Positions 47,508-56,087 of a DNA stretch of 64,000 bases are shown piece after piece. Every line of letters begins with the position of its first letter. Position 1 is the stretch's first letter. The stretch spans positions 51,697 through 115,696 of the forward strand of contig DIAY01000212.1 of assembly GCA_002414905.1 (NCBI GenBank), written 5' to 3'. This stretch comes from Holophagales bacterium UBA5066 (lineage in GTDB: Bacteria > Acidobacteriota > Thermoanaerobaculia > UBA5066). The position numbers and the translations under genes are program-made. Under the pieces are notes generated by a model that was given only the letters and a program-made list of their open reading frames with translations, made no database searches and was not told the origin of the DNA.

Positions 47508-48955
47508 TGAACGGCAAGCTGATCCCGCGTGGCCTCGCACTCCTCTCCGCAGCGCTCCTGGCAAGCGGCTGCACCATGATCCCGAAGTATGAACAGCCGC
47601 CTCTGCCGGTGGCGGACTCCTTCGAAGCGGCGGCCGGTGCCGGAAGCGGCACGGCACCCGCCCCGGGCGAGGCTGACCCCGTCCCCGCTGCGCCCGTCCC
47701 CGCGGCGAAGGACGTTCCCTGGCAGGAGTACATCACCGACGCACGCCTGAGGTCGGTCATCGACCTCGCGCTCGCGAACAACCGCGACCTGAGAGTCGCG
47801 ACGCTCAACATCGAGAGGGCCGCGGCTCTCTACCGGATCCAGCGCTCCGACCTGTTCCCGACGATCGGCGTCCAGGCGACGGGCAACAAGTACCGGATTC
47901 CGGAAAGCCTCGGGGAGAACGGGAAGGCGAGCACCGTCTCGACCTACACCGTCGGCCTCGGGATGGCCTCGTGGGAGATCGATCTCTTCGGGCGTATCCA
48001 GAGCCTGAACGCACGCGCCCTCGAGCAGTACCTCGCAACGGAGCAGGTCCGGCGCGGTGCGCAGACCTCGCTCATCGCGGCGGTCGCCCAGAGCTGGCTG
48101 CAGCTCGCGGCTGACGAGGAGAACCTCCGGCTCTCGAGGGAGACGCTCGCCGCGCAGCAGAACTCGTACGAGCTGATCCGGATGAGCCGGGACGCGGGGA
48201 TCGGCTCCGACGTCGAGCTTCGCCAGTCGCAGAGCCAGGTGGAGGCGTCCCGCGCGAGCGTCGCCGCCTTCACGGGCGCGGTCGGCGTCTCGCGCAACGC
48301 GCTCGACCTCCTCGCCGGAACACCGGTCCCGGCCGACCTGCTTCCCGACCGCCTCGTCGCAGTGACGGACCCGAAGGGGCTCTCCTCCGGCCTCCCGTCG
48401 GAGGTTCTCCTGCGCCGGCCCGACATCCTCGCCGCCGAGCATCTCCTCCGCGGCGCGAACGCGAACATCGGTGCGGCCCGAGCCGCCTTCTTCCCGCGCA
48501 TCTCCCTCACCGCCGGCTTCGGCACGTCGAGCCCCGACCTCGACGGCCTCTTCAAGGCCGGGACGAGCGTCTGGAGCTTCGTGCCCCAGATCGTCTCACC
48601 GCTCTTCGCGAGCGGCTCCCTCCTCGCGAACCTGAAGGTCTCGAAGGTCGACCGCGAGATCGCGGTAGCGACCTACGAGAAGGCGATCCAGACCGCGTTC
48701 GCCGAGGTCAACGACGCCCTGACGCTCCGGACGACGCTGGTCGCCCAGAAGGAGGCGCAGGACGCCCTCGTCGAGGCGCTCGACGCAACGCTGTTCCTCT
48801 CCGACGCGCGCTTCAAGGCCGGGCTCGACGGGTATCTCGGCGTCCTCGTTGCCCAGCAGGCGATCATCAACGCCCAGCGCGCAGCGGTCGGCGTCCGCCT
48901 CGCCGAGCAGGCGAACCTCGTGGCTCTCTACAAGGTCCTCGGCGGAGGGGTGTGA
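47507..48955 (+). CDS. RND efflux outer membrane factor lipoprotein (NodT/OprM family)
   Basis: The start overlaps the permease stop. It has a lipobox LASGCT and duplicated alpha-barrel repeats. Confidence 0.9.
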   Translation: MNGKLIPRGLALLSAALLASGCTMIPKYEQPPLPVADSFEAAAGAGSGTAPAPGEADPVPAAPVPAAKDVPWQEYITDARLRSVIDLALANNRDLRVATLNIERAAALYRIQRSDLFPTIGVQATGNKYRIPESLGENGKASTVSTYTVGLGMASWEIDLFGRIQSLNARALEQYLATEQVRRGAQTSLIAAVAQSWLQLAADEENLRLSRETLAAQQNSYELIRMSRDAGIGSDVELRQSQSQVEASRASVAAFTGAVGVSRNALDLLAGTPVPADLLPDRLVAVTDPKGLSSGLPSEVLLRRPDILAAEHLLRGANANIGAARAAFFPRISLTAGFGTSSPDLDGLFKAGTSVWSFVPQIVSPLFASGSLLANLKVSKVDREIAVATYEKAIQTAFAEVNDALTLRTTLVAQKEAQDALVEALDATLFLSDARFKAGLDGYLGVLVAQQAIINAQRAAVGVRLAEQANLVALYKVLGGGV

Positions 48956-48989
48956 TTCTCCGGCCGTTCCTGGCTTCGCCCGTCCTCGC

Positions 48990-49011
48990 GGCCGCCTCGA
49001 TCGGGGCGGCC
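48990..49011 (+). terminator. GC hairpin GGCCGCC-N8-GGCGGCC after the efflux operon
   Basis: A 7-bp stem, 35 nt after the outer membrane factor stop, with no U-tract. Confidence 0.3.
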
Positions 49012-49082
49012 GCGCTGGGTGTCTCTGCGTCCACCGGGCCGGACTCGAGGCCCGCGCGTACACTTGAACCAAAGGAGCCAGC

Positions 49083-49466
49083 ATGGCAAGACCGATTTCA
49101 GTGATCATCGATGACATCGTCGCGAACCTCCGGGAGTTGAAGGACGCTGTCGGCCCCTTCGCAAGGCTGGCCTCTGTTTTCAAGGGAGCCGACGAACCCT
49201 CTCCGGTCAGGAAGGCCGGCAGGAAGCCGGGACCGGCGAAGAACTCCCCGGCTGTCGTGAAGGCTGCTGCAACTCCTGTGAAGCCACCTGCGGCTGCAAA
49301 GGAGGCCCGGAAGCCGAGCCCGGCGCTTCAGGCGCAGGGCCGCTACATGTCGGCGATTCGTCGCCTCTCGAAGACCCAGAAGGCCGAGATCAAGAAGATC
49401 CGGGCCGAGAAGGGCGTAGAAGAGGCGATCAGGATCGCCCTGGCAAAGCCTTCCAGAAGGAAATAG
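49083..49466 (+). CDS. small Lys/Ala/Pro-rich basic protein (histone-H1-like tail, possible nucleoid-associated/DNA-binding)
   Basis: 127 aa. Locally low GC at the 5' end with AAAGGAG before the ATG. Contains KAAATPVKPPAAAKEARKP. It lies immediately left of the first tRNA-fragment repeat. Confidence 0.45.
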   Translation: MARPISVIIDDIVANLRELKDAVGPFARLASVFKGADEPSPVRKAGRKPGPAKNSPAVVKAAATPVKPPAAAKEARKPSPALQAQGRYMSAIRRLSKTQKAEIKKIRAEKGVEEAIRIALAKPSRRK

Positions 49467-49556
49467 GCCGGCCAGGTCTCTCAGGCGGCTTCTGCACGTC
49501 GATCCGTGCTCGCCGTTGGCTTTCTCAAAGCACAGACAGAACACGGACAAAAAGGC

Positions 49557-49668
49557 CCGAAAACGAAGAACCCGGCGTTTCCGCCGGGTCGTCGTGACCG
49601 CTTGCATCTCGCGGACTTATGTATGGTTGCGAGGGCAAGATTTGAACTTGCGACCTTTGGGTTTTGAG
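49557..49668. repeat. direct repeat copy 1 (~112 bp): terminator hairpin plus the 3' part of a minus-strand tRNA
   Basis: Near-identical to 52104..52216, with about 5 mismatches. On the minus strand it reads ...ctca[a/t]aa CCCAA AGGTC GCAAG TTCAAAT CTTGC CC[T/C]CGCA A CCA followed by CCCGGCGGAAACGCCGGG TTCTTCGTTTT. Identity stops inside the anticodon loop. Confidence 0.7.
49624..49668 (-). tRNA. partial tRNA (anticodon-loop-to-CCA 3' portion only), in repeat copy 1
   Basis: Has a T-arm GCAAG-TTCAAAT-CTTGC, a 7-nt acceptor 3' strand, a discriminator A and an encoded CCA. No complementary 5' acceptor strand or D-arm was found upstream, so it is not an intact gene. Confidence 0.4.
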
Positions 49669-49829
49669 TGAATGGGTCAAGCGGAATCGAACGCGATCAA
49701 GGTATCAAGCTACCAAATCGGTCCCCTCGCCAAATCCGCTGGCGCCGGCCGGCGATTCCATCTGCGGCGCTAGCCCGGTCGGTCGTGACCGAGCATCAGG
49801 ATGGAGACCGCAGGCAGCCAATCCAATCC

Positions 49830-50399
49830 TCAACAGCGGCGACGGCTGCGGGGCTTCTGGTCACGCCATCGTGCGACGCGCCCTCGATGAGGACCGTCCT
49901 GCCGTTCCGGTGAAGCGCGATGACTGCCGGGTAGGCGCCGGGCGCCATGCTCGCGACGCAGCGTGCCGACGACGTCCGCCACGTCGTCCTCGTACTGGCC
50001 GATGTGGTCGACGTCTCCGGGCCTGCCCGCCGAGAGTCCGTGGCCGCGGAGGTAGAGGCGAATGACGCTCGCTCCGGTCGACTCGTGCAGCAGGCGAGCG
50101 GTCTCTTCGAGCTCGGAAGAGGAGCCGAGGACGCCGTGCAGCAAGAGCACCGTCAGCTCGCCCGTGCCGGTGCGCTGACGCGCCGCGAGCCTCACTCCAT
50201 CCCGCGCCTGGAAGGTGCGGAGGCCGGCGTCATCGCGGCGGGGCACGCCGAGAGACGGGCTCGAAGCCGAGACGGCGAGGTCGACGGGCGGCCTCGAGAA
50301 CCTGGGCGCGGGCGCCAGGGCGAGCGCGGCGCCTGCCAGCAACCAGAGCGCGGCGACACTCCCGACAACGAATAGGGTGTTCCGAAGGATACGGGGCAT
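49830..50399 (-). pseudogene. alpha/beta-hydrolase gene fragment (N-terminal part intact, distal part degenerate)
   Basis: A signal-like N-terminus and an oxyanion-hole LLLHGVLGSS are present. After ~130 aa the sequence becomes Arg-rich nonsense (LPGSHRASPERQDG) where the GxSxG nucleophile should be. Confidence 0.4.
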
Positions 50400-50497
50400 G
50401 GACGTCCCTCCTGGCCTGCGAGCAAGCAGGCATTCTTGCTGTTGATCGAACAGGTGATTCCTGGGCGTGCGTCGGCCGCGCCGACAGGATCAAGCGA

Positions 50498-51175
50498 TCA
50501 GGTGCGGCGCTCGTCTTCCTCGAACTGCGAGAGCGAGCCGAGGAAGGATTCCGCTGTTGTCAGGCTCTGGCCGGCGAGCGCCCGCATAAGGCGCTGCACG
50601 ATGGGAGAACCGCCCATCCGGTCCGCGTAGCGCCGTGAGAGCCAGACGGCGAGCACGATCACCACGAGACCGAAGAGCACGTTAGCGATCAGCCAGCGAG
50701 CGCCGAACATCGTGTAGGCATCGACACCGAAGAGACCCTTCAGCGCCACGATCAGGAGCGGCGTCCAGGCGAGCGGCGCGAGAACGAACGTCCACTTCAC
50801 GGTTCGGATCCGCAAGACCCGGAGCGATGCCAGCCGCTTCTGAATCGAGAGGATCGGCGCGCCGTAGTCGATCGCCCGGAGGACCACGAGCTGGCGGATA
50901 CCGGAGACGAGGAGGGCGATCACTCCGAGGTGGAGTCCTAGAGCCGGGAAGAAGAAGCGTGCCTCCCCGACGTGTTCCGCGAGGAACGAGCCGATCAAGA
51001 GGACGGCCGGGACGGCGAAGAGCAGCTCGAACCAGAGCAAACGGGAGAGTGGTCTCGTCGCCGCTTCGGCCTTACCCATTACCGACTCCCGCACCAGGCG
51101 CGTGTTCAACCGAATCCCGGCATCCAGTTTCTCGTCCTGCTCGGCCCAGAGTCGCTGCAGTTCCTCGATTTCCAT
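50498..51175 (-). CDS. membrane protein, putative anti-sigma factor partner of the adjacent ECF sigma
   Basis: Starts MEIEELQRLWAEQDEKL, lies 13 nt downstream of the ECF sigma gene, and has 4 predicted TM helices. Confidence 0.45.
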   Translation of the reverse strand: MEIEELQRLWAEQDEKLDAGIRLNTRLVRESVMGKAEAATRPLSRLLWFELLFAVPAVLLIGSFLAEHVGEARFFFPALGLHLGVIALLVSGIRQLVVLRAIDYGAPILSIQKRLASLRVLRIRTVKWTFVLAPLAWTPLLIVALKGLFGVDAYTMFGARWLIANVLFGLVVIVLAVWLSRRYADRMGGSPIVQRLMRALAGQSLTTAESFLGSLSQFEEDERRT

Positions 51176-51188
51176 GTTGGCCTCCGTG

Positions 51189-51692
51189 TCAGTCCGTGCG
51201 CGGCAGGTCGCGGCGGAGCCGCTGTTTGAGCCGGCTGAGCTTCGTCCCAACGTTGGTTTGGGAAATGCCGAGGATCTCGGCGATCGTGTCGTAGGTGTTC
51301 CCGTCCAGATGGAGGAGCAAGAGCGCGCGGTCGAGCTCGGCGAGCCGTGCCATCGCCTCGTACAGGAGTCGGACGTCCTCGTTCGCCAGCGCGGGCGCTA
51401 CTGCCGCGATCTCGAGGATGGAGTCCTCGGCCGGCACGAGGTAGCGCGACCGCCGGGCCTCGCTCCGATGGAAGGAGATCGCGACGTTGAGCGCTACCCG
51501 GTACATCCAGGTGGAGAAGCGGTAGCGGTCGTCGTAGGTGCCGAACGACCGCCAGAGCTGCACGACCATCTCCTGCACGAGGTCCTGCCGATCCGCTGCG
51601 GTGCGCCCGTAGGAGCCAGCGATCTTGTGGAGGATTCTCTTGTGCTGATCCAGCAGGATGAGGAGCTCGTCCTGCTTTGCCGGGTTCGACAT
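51189..51692 (-). CDS. ECF-type RNA polymerase sigma-70 factor
   Basis: Has region 2 (DLVQEMVVQLWRSFGTYDDRYRFSTWMYRVALNVAIS) and region 4 (YDTIAEILGISQTNVGTKLSRLKQRL). Confidence 0.85.
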   Translation of the reverse strand: MSNPAKQDELLILLDQHKRILHKIAGSYGRTAADRQDLVQEMVVQLWRSFGTYDDRYRFSTWMYRVALNVAISFHRSEARRSRYLVPAEDSILEIAAVAPALANEDVRLLYEAMARLAELDRALLLLHLDGNTYDTIAEILGISQTNVGTKLSRLKQRLRRDLPRTD

Positions 51693-52103
51693 CGGGCTCC
51701 TTCCTTCGGTCCGCGGCAGCGCGACCATGCCGCATTCACCCTATGATTCGCTCCAGGCCTCGAAAGATCACACCGACGGGTCGGCTTCCGAAGACGGAAA
51801 CGCTCGACCGACCCTGGCAGGGAAAGCTCGGGCGCCTGACCCCGGACCTCATCCCCGTCGATCGTGTTCTCGCCGACCTTCCGGGGATCGTGGCCGACCT
51901 TCTCGGCCTCGGACGGTCGCTTGTGACCGAGACGTAGCCTCCCCTCCGCGCGAATCGGACCGGCTCCGGCCCGAGAGTTCCTATCTCACGACCGACGTCG
52001 TGAAGCCGGTCGACCCAGACGACTTCGAAGCGGATTGGCGATACGTCGAGACCCGTCGAGATCTATCCAGGGGCGTTCAACCTGGAAGGAACTTCGACAT
52101 CGA

Positions 52104-52216
52104 GCGAAAAACGAAGAACCCGGCGTTTCCGCCGGGCTCACGTAACCGCTTGCATCTCGCGGACTTATGTATGGTTGCGGGGGCAAGATTTGAACTTGCG
52201 ACCTTTGGGTTATGAG
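52104..52216. repeat. direct repeat copy 2 (~113 bp): terminator hairpin plus tRNA 3' portion; anticodon-loop remnant reads CTCATAA (CAU)
   Basis: See copy 1. It ends ~155 bp from the integrase stop codon. Confidence 0.7.
52172..52216 (-). tRNA. partial tRNA (3' portion only), in repeat copy 2
   Basis: Same T-arm and acceptor as copy 1, with the encoded CCA at 52174..52172. No intact cloverleaf could be completed upstream. Confidence 0.4.
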
Positions 52217-52366
52217 CCCGTTCGAGGACCTTTAGACGTATCAGGATCGTTATCGAAACACATGGATGAAGTGCTTAATGATCAACGTATTACGGGCTGT
52301 TGTCGGGGTGGGTATCTCGATCCGTTTCGAGGAAGTTTGAGCGATCTTTACGCCTCTAACCTAGGG

Positions 52367-53650
52367 ATGACCTAGGACTTCTCAGACGCGCCGAACGCAC
52401 CGTTCACGTACTCCTTCGCCTGGTCCGGGCGATCCTCGAGGAAGTGAACGTACTGCCGATAAGTGAAGGCGGGAGAACTGTGGCCGAGCTGGTCGGCCGC
52501 GAAGGCGACGGGTGCTCCCTGCGTCAGAAGGCGCGAGGCGTAGAGGTGGCGGAGGGCATGCGGCGTGAAGTCGGCCCCTTCGACGGCCTTGAGTGCGGGG
52601 ACCCAGTGGCGCTGGACGAAGTTCCGATCGTTTAGGACCGGAGGTCGTTCGGCCCGCGGCTCCTTCGTCGTCGGGTCCTGCGCCAATGCAGCGTCCGTCT
52701 CCTTCCTAAGGGTGCGGGCCACCGGGAAGACCCATGGATCCGAACGAACAGTCTTCCCCGATACCTGTTGAGCGCGATAGGCCTTGAGTCTCTCGGCGAG
52801 GCCGTCCGGAATCACGATGCTCCGTCTTCCGCGCTCCGTCTTCGGCGTGCCGAGCTTCCCCGTCACCTGGTCGATTGACCGCGCTACGGTGATGCGACGG
52901 CCATCGAGGTCAACATCGTCCCATTGAAGCGCGAGGCATTCGTTGAGCCGCATTCCCGTAAAGAGCAGAACCTCTGCCGCGGCCCGCGGACCGGGGGCCT
53001 TGATGGCCCCGACCACCTTGCAGGCCGCTTCGTAAGAAGGGACTCGGACTGGATTCGAACGCTTCGGCGGGAGCTCGAGGAGGGTCGCCGGATTCTGGGC
53101 GAGGATCCCTCGCTTCACGGCGTCCTGAAGGACTGAACGAAGGAGGAGAAGCGCCTCGCGCTTCGTCTGGCCCGAAACCTTCCGCTCGATGAGCGTGGCC
53201 CGAAGGCGGCTCAGGCGTTCGTAGGTGACATCGCGGAGGGGCCATTCGCCGAGGGCGGGAGCGAGATGCTGGCGGTAGCGCGACCGCGCGGCTCGTATCG
53301 TCGAATCCTTTCGTCCGACCATTGCTTCGGGGAAGTAGACCTTCTCGACGAATTCCGTGAAGCTGACTCGCGACGCAGAGCGGTCCACGAGGGGTGCGCC
53401 CCCGTCGAGTTCGAGGCTCCGTTTCTCCCGCGCCTTTACAGCCTCTTCGATGGTAGAGAAGGCTCCGACGAAGGCGCTCTTACCGTGGTGGTAGACGAAC
53501 GTGTCGAAGGTTCCGTGCGGCGTCATCCAGACGCCGGTCGCAACCTTTATCCGTCTGAGCGGGGCCTCCTTCGGGAGCTTCTGCGCGAGTTTCCAGCCAA
53601 CCTTCTGACCTCTCGGCATGCCCCGATTCTATCGTAAATCCCTAGGTCAT
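52367..53650. repeat. 10-bp inverted repeat ATGACCTAGG (52367-76, overlapping the int stop) / CCTAGGTCAT (53641-50, 22 nt upstream of the int ATG) bracketing the integrase gene
   Basis: Both copies were read directly. Each one is embedded in CCTAGG palindromes. Confidence 0.4.
52372..53619 (-). CDS. tyrosine-type site-specific recombinase (phage integrase family)
   Basis: 415 aa. An N-terminal SAM-like/AP2-like region is followed by a catalytic domain carrying the R...HALRH...R...Y motifs (HALRHLYASRLLTQGAPVAFAADQLGHSSPAFTYRQYVHF). Confidence 0.9.
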   Translation of the reverse strand: MPRGQKVGWKLAQKLPKEAPLRRIKVATGVWMTPHGTFDTFVYHHGKSAFVGAFSTIEEAVKAREKRSLELDGGAPLVDRSASRVSFTEFVEKVYFPEAMVGRKDSTIRAARSRYRQHLAPALGEWPLRDVTYERLSRLRATLIERKVSGQTKREALLLLRSVLQDAVKRGILAQNPATLLELPPKRSNPVRVPSYEAACKVVGAIKAPGPRAAAEVLLFTGMRLNECLALQWDDVDLDGRRITVARSIDQVTGKLGTPKTERGRRSIVIPDGLAERLKAYRAQQVSGKTVRSDPWVFPVARTLRKETDAALAQDPTTKEPRAERPPVLNDRNFVQRHWVPALKAVEGADFTPHALRHLYASRLLTQGAPVAFAADQLGHSSPAFTYRQYVHFLEDRPDQAKEYVNGAFGASEKS

Positions 53651-53699
53651 ACCCAAAGCTCGGGTGCGGAGCCCGTCTCGCCGGAGCAGCAGGGAGGGG

Positions 53700-54212
53700 C
53701 TAACTCTTCGGGGTCGGCAGCGCAGCGGGCGAAGCCGTTCGAGTAACTGGCGGAGGGGACACAATGAAGATCGTTGGCTTCCCTGAGATCGACGCATCGA
53801 GCGCTTGGTATCCGTTCCCGACGTCTCGGAGGGGGGCGACCCGAACCCAAGACAGCTGATCAGGCAAGAGACCCACCGTCTTCGTCCACCGCGTTCCTGC
53901 CTCCGTCTGGAGGTAGCGAAGGATGTCTTCCCGGCTATGGAAGAACTCGCGAGACCACTCGGTCGGCTCCTCCTTCGCTCCGATCCTCCCGAGATAGGCG
54001 CCCTCCGCAGCACGAACGCGCGCCTTCTCATCCTCCTGCCAGCGGAGAGTGTCGAGGATCGGAGAAGAGCCTTCAGGAATCGGTACGGTTCGCGGAGCAG
54101 CAGAGGCGTGGGCAGCGGCCGGCGAAGGCCTCTTGGCACTGACCGTCGTTCCGACGCCGACTCCGACTCCCAGGGCGGCAAGCACCCACGCTACGACCTC
54201 TCGTCCTTGCAT
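53700..54212 (-). CDS. hypothetical secreted protein
   Basis: 170 aa with an N-terminal hydrophobic signal. The overlapping ORF 53642..54181 is Arg-rich junk. Confidence 0.4.
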   Translation of the reverse strand: MQGREVVAWVLAALGVGVGVGTTVSAKRPSPAAAHASAAPRTVPIPEGSSPILDTLRWQEDEKARVRAAEGAYLGRIGAKEEPTEWSREFFHSREDILRYLQTEAGTRWTKTVGLLPDQLSWVRVAPLRDVGNGYQALDASISGKPTIFIVSPPPVTRTASPAALPTPKS

Positions 54213-54324
54213 CGTCTCCTCCTCACGCCGTCCTTCGCTCGACAGGAGCGGCGACCGCTGATTGTGACTGACGGTGCCTGACTGAACCCGGACACGCAGG
54301 CGCGAGTGAGACTGTCGGGGGCGG

Positions 54325-55077
54325 CTATGCGGCTGAGAGCGTTCTCGCCGCCCGGCGAATCAATCCGCCAAACGACTCATTCTGGACGTAGTCCTCGAGT
54401 GCATGGCCGCCGGGAAGCTGTCGATAGCAGGCGGCGCGGCGTCCGTTCTCCAATGCACGGATCGTCGCCACGTTCGAGTGAAACACATTGTCGTTTCGGT
54501 TGTAGTAGAGCGTGATCGGCTCGGGCCAGGAAGCAGGGACGGCGACAGCCTGGTCGAGGCCGTCCGCTCCGAGAAGACCGGCGCCGAAGCACTCCGCGTC
54601 GGAATGGTGTCCGGCGAGTGCGAGCGGGGCGCCCCCGGAGTACCCGGCGGTATAGCGCGGCAGGCCCCGCATGGCGGGAAGTGACTCGAACACGGCAGAG
54701 AGAAGCTCGATTCGAACATGCGTGTTCCAGCGATCCGCGGCGGCAGGGTCTACCGGGAAGCGAAGGAACGGGACATCAAAGGGAGCCGTGACGTACACGA
54801 ACCCAAACGAGTGCGTCCGCTCGAGGGATTCGAGAGTGCGATCGAAGATGGGGACGATCGTATTGAGGCGTTCCAAGTAGACCGACTCCGAAACGCCGGA
54901 ACCCCCGAAGAAGAGCATCAGGAAGGTGGGCTTCGGGCCGGCCACGAACGCGTCGGCGTGAAAAGGTCGTCCAAGAACCAGGCTCTCGTTGCGGATCTTC
55001 TGTCGCTCCACGAACGAAGCGTAGCAGCGAATGCCAGCTACCGCCTGTAGCCGGAGCCGACCGCGGCCGAAGCGCAT
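54325..55077 (-). CDS. alpha/beta-hydrolase-fold esterase-like protein
   Basis: A GxSxG-like nucleophile GYSGGAPLALAGH lies in an a/b-hydrolase-like context, with a C-terminal GGHALEDY. Confidence 0.5.
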   Translation of the reverse strand: MRFGRGRLRLQAVAGIRCYASFVERQKIRNESLVLGRPFHADAFVAGPKPTFLMLFFGGSGVSESVYLERLNTIVPIFDRTLESLERTHSFGFVYVTAPFDVPFLRFPVDPAAADRWNTHVRIELLSAVFESLPAMRGLPRYTAGYSGGAPLALAGHHSDAECFGAGLLGADGLDQAVAVPASWPEPITLYYNRNDNVFHSNVATIRALENGRRAACYRQLPGGHALEDYVQNESFGGLIRRAARTLSAA

Positions 55078-55080
55078 ATG

Positions 55081-55863
55081 TCAGTCGCCACCGTTGTCGC
55101 CGGGCGTGGCGGGTGTGGGCGGCCTGTAGACAGGCTGACGATAGGAACGTCGCTCGTAGTGCGGCATCGCGAAATGCGGCATCGTGAAGTGCGGCCGCGT
55201 GTAATGAAATCTTGAGTAGCGCGGCCCATCGGGCTCTGCCGCCTGTTGTCCTGAGACGCCTGACGTCGAGTCGGACCACGAGCGCGGATGATCGACGCGA
55301 GAAGGCGCCTCGGGAATATCGACGCTGGGACGGACGGTCTGGCGCACCTCGTCCCTGACCGCCTCGGCCCGCCGCGCTCCCTCGGAGATGGTGTCGTCGT
55401 AGACCGTTCGGCGAGGGTCGGGGCGTGGCGAGGCGGGTCGCTGGCGCTGAGCGGCGCGGGCGCGCCGGAGTACTTCAGAGATGTCGATGAAGGGCTCGTC
55501 GGTTTCCGAAGGAGCACTCGAGCGCGGTCTGCTCGGCGCGGGTGGCGCCGCTGCGGCTCGGCGAGCGCGGGCATCAAGATAGGCGACGCGGTTCGGTCCG
55601 GTGAGCATCTGCCGGGCACGAACGAGTAGCTCGAGCGTCTCCCGATCACCCTTCCCGTCATTCAGATCCGGATGTACTGCGCGAATCCGCTTCCGGAAAG
55701 CGGAGAGGATGTCTGCATGGGAGGCGGTCTCAGGAACGCCGAGCACAGTGAAGTAGTCGGCGCCCCTGCGGAGATCGTCGTGGTATTCGGGAGTCTTCGT
55801 AGGACGGAGAGGGGAGTGGAGGGGGGAGGCAAGAAGGTACGGCGAATCGAGCGGCGACGTCAA
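55081..55863 (-). CDS. J-domain (DnaJ-like) protein with a low-complexity C-terminal PHF/PHY-repeat tail
   Basis: The J-domain is DYFTVLGVPETASHADILSAFRKRIRAVHPDLNDG with the HPD motif. The C-terminus reads RFHYTRPHFTMPHFAMPHYERRSYRQPVYRPP. Confidence 0.65.
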   Translation of the reverse strand: MTSPLDSPYLLASPLHSPLRPTKTPEYHDDLRRGADYFTVLGVPETASHADILSAFRKRIRAVHPDLNDGKGDRETLELLVRARQMLTGPNRVAYLDARARRAAAAPPAPSRPRSSAPSETDEPFIDISEVLRRARAAQRQRPASPRPDPRRTVYDDTISEGARRAEAVRDEVRQTVRPSVDIPEAPSRVDHPRSWSDSTSGVSGQQAAEPDGPRYSRFHYTRPHFTMPHFAMPHYERRSYRQPVYRPPTPATPGDNGGD

Positions 55864-56087
55864 GCCGCACTGGAACGGAGTGCGCCTCGCGGTCGTTTAG
55901 GAATGACGAATCCAGATGCGTCGAAACGAATCAACACGACATTTCGTCGCCGGCGAGATCAGGGGTCGCAGGTCGCCCCGCATCGCGAGAAAGTCCCGGA
56001 TGAGGCTGGGCAAAGCCTGTGGTCACACCCCCGCGGCGGGGCTCGGGACGCCGATCTTTCTCAACTGAATCCTTGACCCATACGGCC

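Noticed and set aside
49557-49740. An intact tRNA (or tmRNA) at either repeat copy
   Set aside because: Hand folding gives a T-arm, acceptor 3' strand and CCA, but no complementary 5' acceptor strand, no D-arm and only 3 bp of anticodon stem. The 3' acceptor strand does not pair with a GGGG-type tmRNA 5' end. The GTTCGATTC T-loop-like string at ~49690 has no stems that pair.
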